From the human T2T-CHM13v2.0 reference genome, Homo sapiens, in assembly GCF_009914755.1 (NCBI RefSeq), contig NC_060927.1: a DNA stretch of 64,000 nucleotides; one strand, given 5' to 3'. The notes beneath the pieces are model-generated. The model had not been told where the DNA came from. It did no database searches and was given only the letters and a program-made list of their open reading frames with translations. Below, in pieces: positions 42,166 to 59,722 of this stretch; positions within the stretch are counted from its first letter, which is position 1, and the number at the start of each line of letters is the position of its first letter. Both the position numbers and the translations under genes were made by a program.

Positions 42166-43428
42166 ACATTTTAATCACTGAAAACACATCAAAGTGCACA
42201 GAGATTTTGTTAAGAGGAGAGAAGGCTAAAACCCCAGTGCATTGACAGAAGGGAGAGGGGCAAGAGGTGATACTGGAAAATGAGTCCAGGGACAGATGGT
42301 GAAGAGCATCAAACACCATGCTTCAGAGTGCAGACTTAATCCTAAGCCATGGGAAGCCTGCAAAGGCTTTCTAATGAAGACAGTGGTGGCATGATCAGAA
42401 CTGAATTTTGGAAAAATAACTATTGCAGCAATACAGAGAAGATCGCATCTGTGTAAATTCAAATAAAAATAAACCCAACCCTTATTGCTGTGAGAATTGA
42501 CATTTCTTCAACTGTCATGGGACATGATCTGAAACTATTAAAGCAAAGGTAGTGAATCACAAATAAAGCTTTATCAGTGTCTCAGGATCCTTTTTCGTGC
42601 TGTTTGTTTGGGGTCTGATGTCTCACTTTTCTTTTCCCCTTTGCTTTTATTAAGAGTTGCTGCTGTTTGGAGAGGTAGGTTTGTCCCCCCAGAGATAAAC
42701 TGAACTGGCTCACAATAATCCTTTTGCCTCTGAGTCTCTGACTTCTGCTCTAATTATCCTTCCAGCTTGTGGGTTAGGTTCATCTCTTATGAAGTGAGCT
42801 GCAAAATGAACTTCCCCCCGGGGTCTCAGAACCACCACTTTATTAAGAATGTAGGGTCTTGGGAGCCTGCACTGTAGACCAGAGACCATTTGTGGCCTGC
42901 GAACTGAGTGAAAAATATGACCAAGTTCATGCTCTAGAATTTCTTTGGTTTAAACTCAAGCACTGAAAGTTATGAGTAACTTTAGAAGTGGGCTGTTCAC
43001 TCTGTCACTGCCAAATACAGCCAGGAATGAAGGCACTGGGGTGAGAAGTCAGAGATCATAGAGGAGGCTCTTGAGAGTTGTGGGGTCAGGGACTTCTCCA
43101 AATTCATAAAGTTCCTTTCTCCTCATTCTACCACCGACATTAACACTTGGTTGTTTTGGGGGATAAATTTTCCACAAAGAAACTAAGTGTTTATCCACTT
43201 AGTTTGGCAAATACAAGTCAGAGTATCACCAATGCTCTGTAGAGAATGAAGCTATGTTCACAGGGGAATGTTGAGTATCTGGCTTTGCTTCCCTACTAGT
43301 TGTGTTATTTACTCCCTCACCAAAGGACAAATGACTATATCTAGGGCTTCCAATGGTGACATTGGAAATGTTAGATCTGTAAATGTCAGGGGTCTACTGT
43401 GGACCCCTCCCACCCAAGCGTTGCCTCA

Positions 43429-43563
<135 letters not shown>

Positions 43564-44987
43564 CTAAACACAAAAAGCAGGAAAGGATAATTTTACCATC
43601 TAATGCTTTTGTAGCTGTGATCCCACAATATGTACTGAGTATACCTCTCTCTTCTTTTGATTTGATTTTGTTCTCGATTTAATTTTACCGTCCTTTGGGA
43701 GAAGTATAACCCTGAATCATTTTGTGGTTGCTCCACACACCCTCTACTTAGCCACTAACCCTATTTTTCTGGTTCATAAGCTGCAGCTGCCTTCTGATCA
43801 CACATGCAGCAGAAACACAGCACATTCTCCAAGTAGTGCCTTTTCAACAATTTTTAACCTAACTGTGAGGATCTGTGGATGTCAGCAGTTCTCAAACAAT
43901 CTGGGCTACCTTCTGTTTCCTGGAACAGAGAGTACCTGCTGTGATGCTTCTCCAGGTAATTTCAGCCTAGAGGAGCTTGCAATAGACACAGTGCCTGGGT
44001 TGGTGAGTCCAGGAGAGGGGAGAAGGCCTCTAAAAGTTCCAACTCCAAGGACTTGAGATTTCAGAGCAATCCTAACATAATACTTCCTGGTCCTGTCCTG
44101 GGGTAGAAGAGGATCAGTGTCCTGCTATAGGAAGGTGGTCCCTTCTGTATCTATGGGTCCGAAAGTGCTAAAGATTTTAATGAAGGCGCTACTCATAGAG
44201 GCGTGGTTAGGGTTAACTGGAATGACTAGAAATGTTGAGGTATCTGAGCCTAGCAATAGCGGGAAGACACTGCTATTCCTGGGCATGTGGAATGAGGAGG
44301 GAAATATTGTTATAGGACTTTAGCAAGAGCTAGAATTATAAAGAAGGGTGTTACCCAGTGGTGTGCTGGTAAATATTTCACAACTAGCACTCTGAAAAAA
44401 ATACATAAAGCATTGACATATAGTGTTTACTGATTTCTAAGGTGTATACAGTCTCACCATGATGATTTTCTAGCTACCAGTATGACATCAACAAATACAC
44501 AGTTGGACAGAAGCGTGCATATCAGCTTTTGCAAGTCACTATGAATCAGCTCCAGCCCACCACTAGGGCTACCCAACAGGAACTGAGGTCATATGGGGGA
44601 TGCAGCTACTGTCAGAAACACAGTCCTAAACAGCGAGGAAGCAGGGGAAGAAATATCCCAATTTGTCTTTCCTCCTGCCTTGTAGTTTCCTGTGGGTTGA
44701 ACCCAACAGAAACCAGCTGGCTAGGGAGCCCGGGTGATACAGTCAACCTTCCAGGGCACAGATCATGGCAAAGAGGGAGAATGGATCAGTGGGGACTCAC
44801 ACAGAAAATAACCAGCACAGGGTCCACTTGGAAAGTGCAAACCTTTCGGAGGAGCTACTGGCTGCTTCTACAATTGTGGTTCTTTAACAATTGTATGTAA
44901 ACAATGATCTGGGGAACATGCTTAAAATGAATGTAGGTTTCCATGTCCCATCTCCAAAGCTTATCATTTTTTGCAAGGCTAGAGTAG

Positions 44988-45300
<313 letters not shown>

Positions 45301-46182
45301 TGAATTTTAAACAAGCCTCCTTGAGGATTTCTGATGCAAATAGCCCCCGAATTTTGAGAGACCTTGACCCAGAGAATAAGAGAATAACAATATGTCTGCT
45401 TCAGGGGTTAATTTTAAGTGCCAAACTGGTTGGCCTCGGCTGGTTGGCATTATCTCTAGATGCTGCCTAAGAAGAATAACATACCTTGGAAAATATAAGG
45501 AATAAGTCAAATAGACAAAATGAAGCAAACAAATAATGCTAAACAGAAGAGATCTTTGGGTTCTTCTTATTATATGATTATTTTATTCTAATATATATTC
45601 AGTACATTTAGTAATATATTATGTTATAGAGTCCATATTACATTGTTGTTATTATTATTTATTAATATCTGTGCCTTTGCTTGTGTCCTGAATTGCCAGC
45701 CTGGTGGTACAAACCAAGCCAAGCTAATTAACTGAATTCTACTTGTTTTGTAGAATTGCTTGTATTTGAAATAGGGTGGTATTGGAGACTATAAATCTTG
45801 GCTGATCTGTTAACTCATTTACTTTTCAGAACATATTATGCTGCCCATATATTATGTTTTCCATACCACTTATAGAAACCTACATATTGCTAATATTTTC
45901 ATTGCTTGGTGAGTAGAAAGGGCACAACCTTTGGAGTCAGACAGATATGGGTTCAAATTCTGGTTCTGCCACTTACTGTGAAATTGGTAAATTATTTATC
46001 ATTACTGGCCTTTTCCATGACTATGAAAGTATAATTGACTACTAGAACTATTTGCTTTATTTGTAGTGCCGTAGTGGTATGATAACAACGAAAGGATATA
46101 TGTAAAGTTTGTAACACTCGCCTTGGCAATCAGTAAGTGCTCAATCACTCTTCATTTCCTCCCTTGCCTGCCAACCCTTTTA

Positions 46183-46404
<222 letters not shown>

Positions 46405-48077
46405 TCAAGAGCTACTCCACAAATTGCTTTCATTGCTCAAAGATTCACTGCATTTCCAGTCTGGTACCTTTTAGGAAGACCCAAGGAATCTGGTCAGAAA
46501 AAAATTCACAAAAACCAGCATTACTTTCTAAGGTTGTGGAGTGACTATGGTTAACAAAACAATCTTATATGCATTATCTTATCACTACAGGTGAGGGGAA
46601 GGGAAGAGAGAAAGAGAACTGAAAAGAGGAAAAGGGAAGATCTGATAGAACTCCAGAACTTTTTCTTTTGAAGGAACCCTTGAATATTCTAGAAGTCATT
46701 GACAGTCCTTGATCTCAGATAGAAAGGGTTACACGCTGTTGCCTAAGGCATGCCTCTGCTCCCTAGACAGAACTCAGATTCCAGTCTGAAAACGGTTCTC
46801 CAGCCTGAAAAACCCTGTCTGCCACTCAGGAAGAAGTATTTAGGACCTGCCTGCTTACCTTTGCTTAGGAGTGAGTGTTTCCTCCAGAGAAAGGAAATAA
46901 ATCAAAAGACCAAACATGAAAAACTTAAGTGCAAAAACAGTTTAACTCTGAGAGGAGCGAGCTGAGGAGTGTTTTATCATTTCCAGCTCCTGGACTTAAA
47001 AAAATAAGTCCCCGGCTGGTTAGCAAATTATAGATATTTTCCAGAGGGTACATGTTCCACGGAACCTGGAGGCTATGCTGACTATAGAGCAGCAGGAAGC
47101 CAGAGCAGAGTGGGAAGAGTGGGAGGTGAACAGGATGACAGACGGCCCACCACGGCTCCAGCTGCCTCTTGCTGCCTCCCACCTTCCTCTGCATATTTGG
47201 ATTCCTCAGAGGAGCTGACCAGAAGGCACACACTGGCCTGTCCCTGTTTGCTCTAAAAAGCTGTTGACAAGGAAGGGAAGAATTGGGAGATGTGACCAAA
47301 GAGTAAACCAAGGGCCAATTTTCCCAGCCATTTCTTTCAATCCAAGAGACAGTTTGAGAACAACCCCTCCTAACATTTTCACTTCCTCCAGCTTGCCAGA
47401 AGAATGGGGGCTGTGGAGACCTTGGTTCACTTTGGAATGTTTTAATCTGCCTCCTGGGGTGTGGTTTCTAGATCTCTCATAGCACTGAGTGATGTGTTTT
47501 TTTGACTGCTAAGTGTGTGGATTTGGTGGGGTGTACACAGAGGTTCATAGACTATGTGTCACCCAGTCCATCCCTCCTTTCCATAGGAATACAGCCCAGG
47601 GCATTTTTATGGCCTTCCCATTTTATACAATATGCAAAACAAAAAGCAATCCAAACCAATCCATTATAAATCTCACTGACTTAACAAAAATATCTTCCTC
47701 CTAATCACAAAGCTTATTCTCACTTATATGCTTTTGCAAAGCTGTTCCCTTTCCTCTTTACTCTCCTCAACTTTTCATAAAGAATTAGTCAAATTCTCAT
47801 CTCTTCTGTGGAGCTGTTTCTGGTGACCCAAGCCCACAGTAACCCAAACTTCTATATTCTTTCCTGTACACACTATGCAACCAGAAATCTATTACATGCC
47901 GTCTTTATCTCCAATGTCTGTATACTATTCTAGAGAGATTTATAATGGATTGGTTTGGGTTGCTTTCTGTTTTGCATATATTTTCTGGGAAGACACTTGG
48001 TCTAGAGAAGAATTTGTCTAGAGAGAAAAGTGGAAGTTTGAGTGAGACAGCGAAGGGAGAAGGATGTTTAACTTTCA

Positions 48078-48395
<318 letters not shown>

Positions 48396-48719
48396 TTAAA
48401 AAGAAATTTTTAAAATTCAGTTTAAAAAGAAAAACTGAATTCCTAATCACACATGTGACCCAAGCCAATTCTAGTCTACCCTCTCATTGGGTCCAGAGAT
48501 AATGGTAAGCCTGATTTAGCCACACTAAAAAAAAAAAAAGTCCACCTTCACTGCCTCTACTGCCATTAGTGGGAACAGGGCCTTATCCAGAGTATATGTA
48601 AATATTTAGGAAAGTGCAATGACAAGTGGTCTTTCCTTTAGAATTATGTGCTATATTAAAAGAAAGCAGGCACCCAAGCTTGCTTACTCTTCAGCACATG
48701 GAACCTTCTGCATAACTCA

Positions 48720-49034
<315 letters not shown>

Positions 49035-49746
49035 TTATTGAGTCTCTTGGGGAAAAAGATAAATTCTGACAACTTAGATTAGCTATTTTCCTATCTAGAA
49101 GAATGTGAATAAAACAATGACTCTGCTTTTTTGGTCACCAGGCAAGGAACTTGTATATGCACAATTTTGTGACATGGTCAAAAAGGGGTAGCAGAAATAG
49201 GATGGAAAATCACCCATTTCTGATAGTTCCAGTGAAAGGCTGACATTTGCTTGTGTGACATATACACGAAAATGTTGATTCCAAAATATTGATACTAAAA
49301 AACCATCAAGTATAATAGGCAGACCAGAACAATCTCTGATAGACTTTACATTTTAGATGGTCTCATGAAAATTTGAATTTAAATTGCAGTTACTAATGAT
49401 AAATGGGCTTTTACTGAGAGAGTTTCAAGGCAAATACAGTTACCGTAATAAGTTAATCCCATTAGTATTAGTCTTCATTTCTTTTCAGCTGCCCAGGTCT
49501 CCCACATCAGAAAGGTCCAGAAGAGATGGGCAAAGACAGAGAGACAAGGAAATAGAGTAGGGGCTTTGAGGTACACTAGAAATCTTTTCCAGACCACCTG
49601 TGGCCTCTAGACCTCAGTCTCTGGATTGCACTAAATGAAATAAGACAGATTGGAGAATGAAGGAAAATAATGTGTATAAAATTAGAAAGCAGCTTGCGGT
49701 TAGGGGTCAATTAACAGTGAGGGGGTCTGAAGTCTTCAGAACTCAC

Positions 49747-49781
49747 CAATCAAGAAGTCCCCATCTGAATTGTAAAAGCAT
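49747..49781 (-). CDS. HGD: HGD exon 7 (35 nt)
   Basis: tttcag|A...G|gtgagt; CFYNSDGDFLI; phases fit exons 6 and 8. Confidence 0.95.
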
Positions 49782-49839
49782 CTGAAACATATAGAGTAAT
49801 TCTTGTGATTTTCAGTTTTAACATTGTCTAGACAAATTA

Positions 49840-50330
49840 CGTCATAACACAAATCATTGTTTAGTGCCTATGTAGCAAGCTCAGAGCTGGGTATAAAATG
49901 GGGAGCAAAATGACCCAGGCTCTGCCCTTGTGGAACTTAGAGTCTAGTGGGGAGTCAGAGAGCAATCAAATAATTACAGAACAATATCTTTGCAGACTGT
50001 AATGACCCTGTGAAAATCAAGTTTGAGGGAATGAAAGAATAGCGACTTGGTTAGTTTGAAGAATCAGCAAAGGCTTCTTCAAAGAAGGGACACATTTGAC
50101 CTGATATCTGAAGGTGTTATCTAGGTGAGGGTTTGGAGAAAGGAAAGAATGTTCCAGGCAGAAGGAACAGCAAGTGCAAGTGCTTAGAAGGAGGGCACGC
50201 GGCAGCTTGAAAGAAGTGAATGAAGGCCAATGCGGCTCAAGTGGAGAGAGGGGAGGTGGCCTGATATGAGATTTGACCCAAAGAGAGGCCTCCAGAGCCT
50301 TGTCATAGGGCTGTGATCTTGTCCCTGATT
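49840..50330 (+). mobile_element. L2 remnant
   Basis: CTGCCCTTGTGGAACTTAGAGTCTAGTGGGGAG; GTTCCAGGCAGAAGGAACAGCAAGTGCAA. Confidence 0.7.
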
Positions 50331-50617
50331 CATGGCTCACAAGGTCGCTCAGCCAGGAAATGTAGAGTTGGGCTTTGGACACAAATGGTCCAGTTCCAGA
50401 GGTAGTGTATAATAAGGCAGGAATGCCATTTGCATACTTTGTTTTGCAAAGCCAGTATATAAGCTCCTCTACTTAAGAATTTTAAGCTTACACAGAGCTG
50501 TTAGCTGAAGCCAAAGTCGGGTAGCCTGCTACTAATGGGTGGTCCTAATGGAAACTCACACACTGTGACCTGGGACTCAAGAACAGCCCTGGGGAACCTT
50601 AGAAATTAAGGATATTC

Positions 50618-52305
<1,688 letters not shown>

Positions 52306-52641
52306 CAAACAACAACAAAAGCATATTTGGACTCAGACTTAAAGTCAAAATGCCTTTCGATCTACTCCTGCATTCCAGGGCTCCATCCTCCCTTTTCTGT
52401 TTACATTGTTATGTGATGTGCTTGTTTATATCACTGATGTTCAGTCAAGATAAATGCCTTTTGTCTCATTCATTATCATTGTCAATAAATATATATGAAT
52501 ATTGCCTTGAGGAGAAAACCAATAACAAAAACAACTATGTATGTGCATATGTGACTTCACAAGAGTGAAACCTGGAGTTTGACTTCTGGCCAAAAGCCCT
52601 TAGAAGATGGGCATGTCCTTCCCTAGAACTGAGCCACTTAC

Positions 52642-52733
52642 CTGTTCTCCATGGAGGTATTGCAGAGGAAAATGTGGATAGCAAGCCCATTGTTAGACTT
52701 TATGTCTCCAGCTCCACACAAGGTATGCAGGCC
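52642..52733 (-). CDS. HGD: HGD exon 6 (92 nt)
   Basis: cccag|GGC...AG|gtaagt; [30 protein letters not shown]. Confidence 0.97.
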
Positions 52734-54405
52734 CTGGGAGAGACCCACAGAAGAGGGAAAGGTTAATGTGAACGGTGCCCAAGAGGCAGCCCTTCCACTG
52801 GTCCCTGAGGGTCATGAGGCACATTTCTACTAGGGTCTTCCCTTTGGGACCGGTGGGACGTTTGGAATCCAGGCAGCCTCTAAGGAGCCTGAATTTACTG
52901 ACTCATGTTTGGTAGTTTGTGGTTTACCCTAGTCTCCAGCCATGGCCTAAATCTGGGTTGTCTTAGTGGCTATATCAGAAGAACTTACAGAGTATCAGTT
53001 CATTACTTGGTATTTTATCAATTTGATGCTTGACATCAACTGGAAGAAGAGATTCTGTTGGAGGTACCATCAGGCATCTAGGAGGCTTGGGGAGGAAGGT
53101 TGCAGCATCAGGGACCAGTTAATGCCTCTCAAGTACACTCCACTATGGGCAGCCCTCTGCTTATGGATAGGGTCAGCCTAATCTCTCTGGAACAGGGCAG
53201 AGGACTGTATTCAGATGGACTGTAATTCTCTCTGCTGTGTGACCAGATGATCCATAGTGCAAGAAACCTTAACACATGGGTCTTCTCAAAATAGCCCTCA
53301 GCCCCAAACCTGCAGATGGAGAGCCAAAAGGAGAGAGCTCTGCGCCTCCAGATATCTACAATTCACACAAGAAAGGAGATGGGGATATCATTTTGTATTT
53401 TAACTCAATTTGTAAGTTTAGGGTATATTTAAGTGAGTCTACAAAGAGTTTGGAGCACTTAATAAAGATGAGAACTTCAAGATGTTTCCAACAATTTATC
53501 CTATGGCTCGGCACTTGGAGTGTCCCTACGTAAGCCATGAGCTGAGGCTGGTCTGCAGAACCCTCCACTGGTCTCTTTGAGCCCCACTTCCTTAGAGCTC
53601 CTTTCTCCTCTCCCCCAGATACTCCTTGCTCTGTGCAGTTATTCCAGTACTCCTGGGACCTATAACTACCAAACAGAGCTTCCAATCAGCATTGTACTAA
53701 CTAGAGTTGCCATGTTGAATTGACGCCATTCTAGCCCAAGCATCTACTTCAGGGAGATTTATGAACTTGGATGGGAAATATTTTATATTTACTTTTGCTA
53801 ATCTCTGAGTGAAATTTATCATTTCTTTCAACTAATATGAATGTAGGCAAAAAACCACAGCAGTATTAGAGGTGCCTGTAACTTTATCAATGATAAAAAT
53901 CATGGATATCACATTATAGTTGTTATAGATACCTCAAAGTATATTTATGCTCATACCAGAATTATTAGATGTTTTCCATAGATATTATGATTTAGCACAT
54001 TAACAAGAAAGCACATGAATGACTATAAACCAAATCAAATTTGTTTTTAATAGTATTTTTATCGTTATATTTCAATATCATTAGCTTCTTTGTAATTTTA
54101 TATAATTTATTTTATATATTTATAAACAAAGACATCATCAGACATCAGACATCAAAGTGAGAAAAAGGTTAAAAGCCCCCGTTCTAGCCAAAAGAAAGGA
54201 ACTTAAGTAAGAAAATGTTCAATTGTCATTGGCCTTTCTGAGATATAAATAGTTCATGAATACCCTCTGGTGTCAGGGGCCATATGGTTTCTGTAAGTAA
54301 GACATCCCTCCGCCAGCCCCCAAAGCATACGCAGGTGGTTTTGTCTCTGCTGCCTCCTGATAGGGCTGCTTCTGCTTGGCATTCAGGCTACAAATGGTTG
54401 GCTCA

Positions 54406-54552
<147 letters not shown>

Positions 54553-55664
54553 TCACAAGGGTAAACCATAGACCTTCTAAATAAATAGCATCAATTACAT
54601 AGAAAAGAAAGGACAGCTACCCCCTCTGTGAGGCTCTACTTGTGATTTTGTTATATTAAAATGATTATCCATCATTTCCTTAAAGGGACTCTGTTAGTGT
54701 GTGTTATTTGTGCACGTGCACACACATGTTTGTGTGTTTAAAACTATGTGAATATAAACTGCTTTTGTTCCTTAGCACTTTAGATTATAAAAATAAAACC
54801 ATTGCTTCCATTTTTAGAAGCTATTTGTTTCTTTTAACATTTTGCCCAGGCACATCAGTGAGTTTTGACTGATGCTGCTTTTCATGCTATTTATAATCAG
54901 GTCCCTTTCCTGGCATGCCAGCCTCCCTGTGTGGGCTCCTGACACTGCAGGGGAAGGTTCTACTTCTACTTCAAGCCCTTAGAGTTCTAAATTGTTTTTT
55001 TAAGAGAAAGAAAGAGCACCCAGCTGAGATCTGATTTGGTAAATGCAGTACCAGGTTCAGCTGCTTCACCAAACCCCACGTTTGTCCCTAGGCTGCCTGA
55101 CAGTTCAGTTTAAATCACAACAATCTTTAATTTAATAATGAAATGATCTAAGGAAGAGGGGAGGAAAATCAGCAGGTTTAGGCCCTTCTTGAAGTGTCAG
55201 CCCAGCGCTTATTAATCAACTTGGCAGCAGGCCTGACTTATCCAGGCTGGCAGCTGATAAGCCCAGCTGCCACGTTTCATGGAGCGACCCGCACCCTGAA
55301 GACTAGCTCCACTGGCTGCAGCACCTGGTCAAGGTGGGCTTGGCAGGGCCTCCATCAGGTCATAGGGCTCAGCTCATTCTGTATTTCAGGGAGGCAGCCA
55401 GATGGGAAAGGAAGCAGCAAGTGGAAAAGGCAGCCTTGGGATTATTCTGCCTCTCTGACACACACAGTCAGGCAGCAGCCTTCATTTCTTAAAAGCAAAG
55501 CAGGATGGTCACATTAAAAGATACTTAAAAAGGATGTAAAATGTTGATTTGGGAAACAGTGCTGAAATCATGCTTCAGAAAGAAGGAAATGCTTTAGGAC
55601 TAATTTCATTAAGGATGGTATCTCTTAGGGGTATAATAGGGGGACCTGAGGGCAAGGATCTAGG

Positions 55665-55878
55665 AAATGGTTTCTCAATCTTGGCACTATTGACAGTTTA
55701 CACGAAATAATTCTTTGTTGTGGGGAGGTGTTCTGTGCATTGTGGGATGCTTAGCATCATCCATGGCCTGCCTCCACCAGGTTCCAGTGACATTCCACCA
55801 AGCTGTAACAACCAAAAATGTCTCCAGAAATTGCCAAACATCACTTGGGGGAAATTTTCTCCCAGTTGAGAACCACTG
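55665..55878. mobile_element. MER20-like MITE
   Basis: TGGTTTCTCAATCTTGGCACTATTGACA...CCAAAAATGTCTCCAGAAATTGCCAAA...GTTGAGAACCACTG. Confidence 0.8.
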
Positions 55879-56658
55879 ACCTGGGAGGATATTTCCCTAA
55901 CATCAGGAAGTGCCACAGCTAAGCACTGCTGGATTTTTTAGGGGAAGTTCTGGTCTACCACTAAACATTACCTGCTGCTTCCTTCTATAGTAACAGAGCA
56001 GAGTATTTATACCCAGGAAGATTGTTAGGAAGACAATACTACCTAGAATCTTAGTTTCGGAAAGAAAATCCAGAAAGAGTCATCTTTCTGGATTTCCCAG
56101 TAGAAGGGATTTAAGTATCAGATCAATGGTTGCCTGCGTAATCTTTTAGCTCTATCCAGAGATTCTCAATCCTGGCCACTCATGAGAATCACATGGAGAG
56201 CCTTTGAGACCAAGACCAAATTAAATCAGAATCTGTGAAGGTAGGGCCCAGACATCGGTATTTTATAAAAGTTCTTCTAATGTGCAGCTAGGGTTTAAGA
56301 ACCCAATCCAGAGGTTCTGTGATTCTTGTATTGATGAACCAAGCATCATACTCAGAAAAGTCCATCCAGTCAACAAACCAACCAACCCACCAACTGATCA
56401 ATCAACTAAATTCTGGCATCTTGGGCCATACGTGGCAGTGACAATGCCAGTTACTAAATAGCAGGAGTGATTAATTAGTACAAGTCTAAGGATTTACAAA
56501 TCTAAGGAAAAAAGTGATCAAGAAAAAAGAAGAAAGAGCAAGGGGAAAGAAAGAAGAGAGAGAGGGAGAAATCCCAGTAGCAGGGGATTTTCTGCCTGGT
56601 TTGTTGTACTGGGACAATATCTTTGTACATCTGCCTGATGTTAAAATACCTGTGGTAA

Positions 56659-56991
56659 GGCCAGGGGCGGTGGCTCACGCCTGTAATTCCAGCACCTTTG
56701 GAGGCCAAGGTGGGTGGATCATGAGGTCAGGAGTTCGAGACAAGCCTGGCCAACATAGTGAAACCCCATCTCTACTAAAAATACAAAAATTAGCTGGGTG
56801 TGGTGGCATGCACCTGTAGTCCCAGCTACTCAGGAAGCTGAGGCAGAAGAATCTTCTGAACCTGGGAGGTGGAGGTTGCAGTGAGCCAAGACCTCACCAT
56901 TGCACTCCAGCTTGGGCGACAGAGTGAGACTCTGTCTAAAAAACAAAAAACAACAAAAACAACAACAACAAAACAAACAAACAAACAAAAA
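56659..56991 (+). mobile_element. AluS with (CAA)/(CAAA) tail
   Basis: Dimeric Alu consensus. Confidence 0.9.
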
Positions 56992-57820
56992 CCTTGCTGT
57001 GAGTGGTAATAAAGTCCTGGCCCTCAGAGAAGGGGTTTGTCTTCTTTGAGTGGAAAAGGTTGAGCCAGAGAGACTGATGGGTTGACCAGGTCAGCTGGTC
57101 ATTTTTCAAGGTCTTCTGTAGCACATTAGCCCTCAAGTCATGAGAACAGAGAGCCTGAGGTGGTGGAAGAAAATGCAACTACATTTCATAGTGAAGAGAA
57201 CATACCTTCAATAGGGCCCACAATCTGGAAGAAGCAACGACCTTGACGAACCTTCTCTAATGCAAAAAATGATCCCCACCAAATGACAGAGATAGTATAG
57301 GGAGAGGAGTCATTTATCTGTTGGCCCTGATGGCAGAAGATTATACAGAGTCTATATTCAGATCATACTGGGCCTGTATCATGAAGGATAAGAAAATCCC
57401 CAAGGTGGTTCTGATAAACTCAGTACTCACAAGAGAAAGCAGAGATTTTGGTCAGGAGCGCTGATGTGATATTTTGATAAGTGTGAGGAGGGAGATTTGA
57501 GCAGAGGATTAATAGGAAGAGTCCATGGAGTGCATGGTACAAACATCTACTAAAGCCAGCTGCAGCTTTATTGTATGCTGTGGAGCAGTAACTCTCTGAG
57601 CCAAGGCCAGACCAAAAGGAGAGTGCACTGAAGACTTGGTTTTTGCTACTGTCTCTGTTCCCGTTTACTCTGTGATCTTCAGGAAAGCCATTTTCTCTCC
57701 CAAATTTTGTTTTTTTCTTACATATAACAACGGGTGCTGGTGAGAACTATAATTCCATAATTCTCTCCAGAGGAGAAACTCTGAAAGAAGTAAAGGATGC
57801 TTGCTGACTGATTTAGTCCT

Positions 57821-58186
57821 TGATATGCACTAAATTGTGTCCTCTTCCAAATTTGTGTGTTGAAGCCCTAACCTTCAATGTGACTATGTTTAGAGATGGG
57901 TTTTAAAGTTAAAAGAGATCATAAATGTGGGGCCCTAATCTGATAGGATTGATGGCCTTATAAGAAGAAGAGATCTCTCTCTCTGCTTGCACTCAGAGGA
58001 TAGGCTATGTGAGGATACAGTAAGAAGGACTGTCTTTAAACCAAAGAGGAGCCTCACAAGACATCAACCCTGCTAACACCTCGGACTTGGACTCTCAGTT
58101 TTCAGAACTGTAAGAAGATACATTTCTGTTGTTTAAACTACCCAGTCTGTGGTATTTTGTTATGGCAGCTTGATCAGACTAATATA
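57821..58186 (+). mobile_element. MLT1A-like MaLR LTR
   Basis: TGATATGCACTAAATTGTGTCC...GTTGAAGCCCTAACC...GTATTTTGTTATGGCAGC...GACTAATATA. Confidence 0.8.
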
Positions 58187-58406
58187 GTCCTACAACTTTT
58201 AAAAATAGTTTATTTTATTTATACTATACGCTATTGTTAAATAGCTTCTTCTCTATAGAATTTACTTATTAAACATTTCAAAAATAATAAAATCAATTGT
58301 AATGCCCAATGCAATGGCTTGACTATAGTAGGCATTAATATTTGTTGAATGACTGAATAGATGAATAAATCTAAGGCACTAACAACATTGCTAAGAACAA
58401 GAATAA

Positions 58407-58720
<314 letters not shown>

Positions 58721-59476
58721 CGTGAGATCTTTTGGAAGTCAAAATAACATTCAGGCGATGTCTAGAAAATCAAATATTTCTAAAAGTCCAAAGGTAAAAT
58801 GTCAGTTCTTCACACGTGTAAAATCGTCACTTCCATATCCTTTCTTTTTTAAAAAACTTTTTTTCCAATCCTGCTCCTTCTGTAGATCACTTCTGTATCT
58901 TTTCTGACTTTCTGTTCAGTTGTTCTATCAACTGTTGAGAGAGGGGTGTTGAAGTCTCCAACTAAAATTGTGGATTTGTCTATTTATCCTTTTAGTTGTA
59001 TTATTGCTTCACATATTTTACAACTGTATTCTATGAGTTCTATTGGAAGATAAACTTTTACTTGCTAGAAATGAGGTGGTCAAAAATAATTTGAAAGCAT
59101 CTTTAAGGGTGTCCAAAGTTAGAATTAAAAATTACTTAAGATTACCAAAGGAGGAAGACAGAATTGGTATCAACATTTGATTATCAAGATTCAAAATTCA
59201 TGCTCAGAGATGAAAAGAAAATATTAGATAATTGGCCTAAATATTTCCAGTTAGAATACTGGGAGTTGAACTAGATGATCCAAGTATCCCTTTCAAAACT
59301 GAAATTCTTTAATTTACTGAGATTCCCTCCAAATTTCCCATGGACTCAACTAGATTGGATGACTTGAGTACTCTCAACAACACTGGCTGAGGATAGACAG
59401 ACATATCATTAGAAGTCAGTACCACCTATCCAAGAATTTTGAAGTAATTTCTCGGTGAAATAGTCATCATAGTGTA

Positions 59477-59687
59477 CATATTAGTCTGTTCTCACATTGC
59501 TATAAAGAATTACCTGATACTGGGTAATTTATAAAGAAAAGAGGTTTAACTGGCTCACAGTTCTTCAGACTGTACAGGAAGCATGATGCTGGCATCTGCT
59601 CAGTTTCTGAGGAGGCGTCAAGAAATGTACAATCATGACAGAAGGTGAAGCAGGAGAAGGCATGGCTTACATTGCAGGAACAGGAGT

Positions 59688-59722
<35 letters not shown>
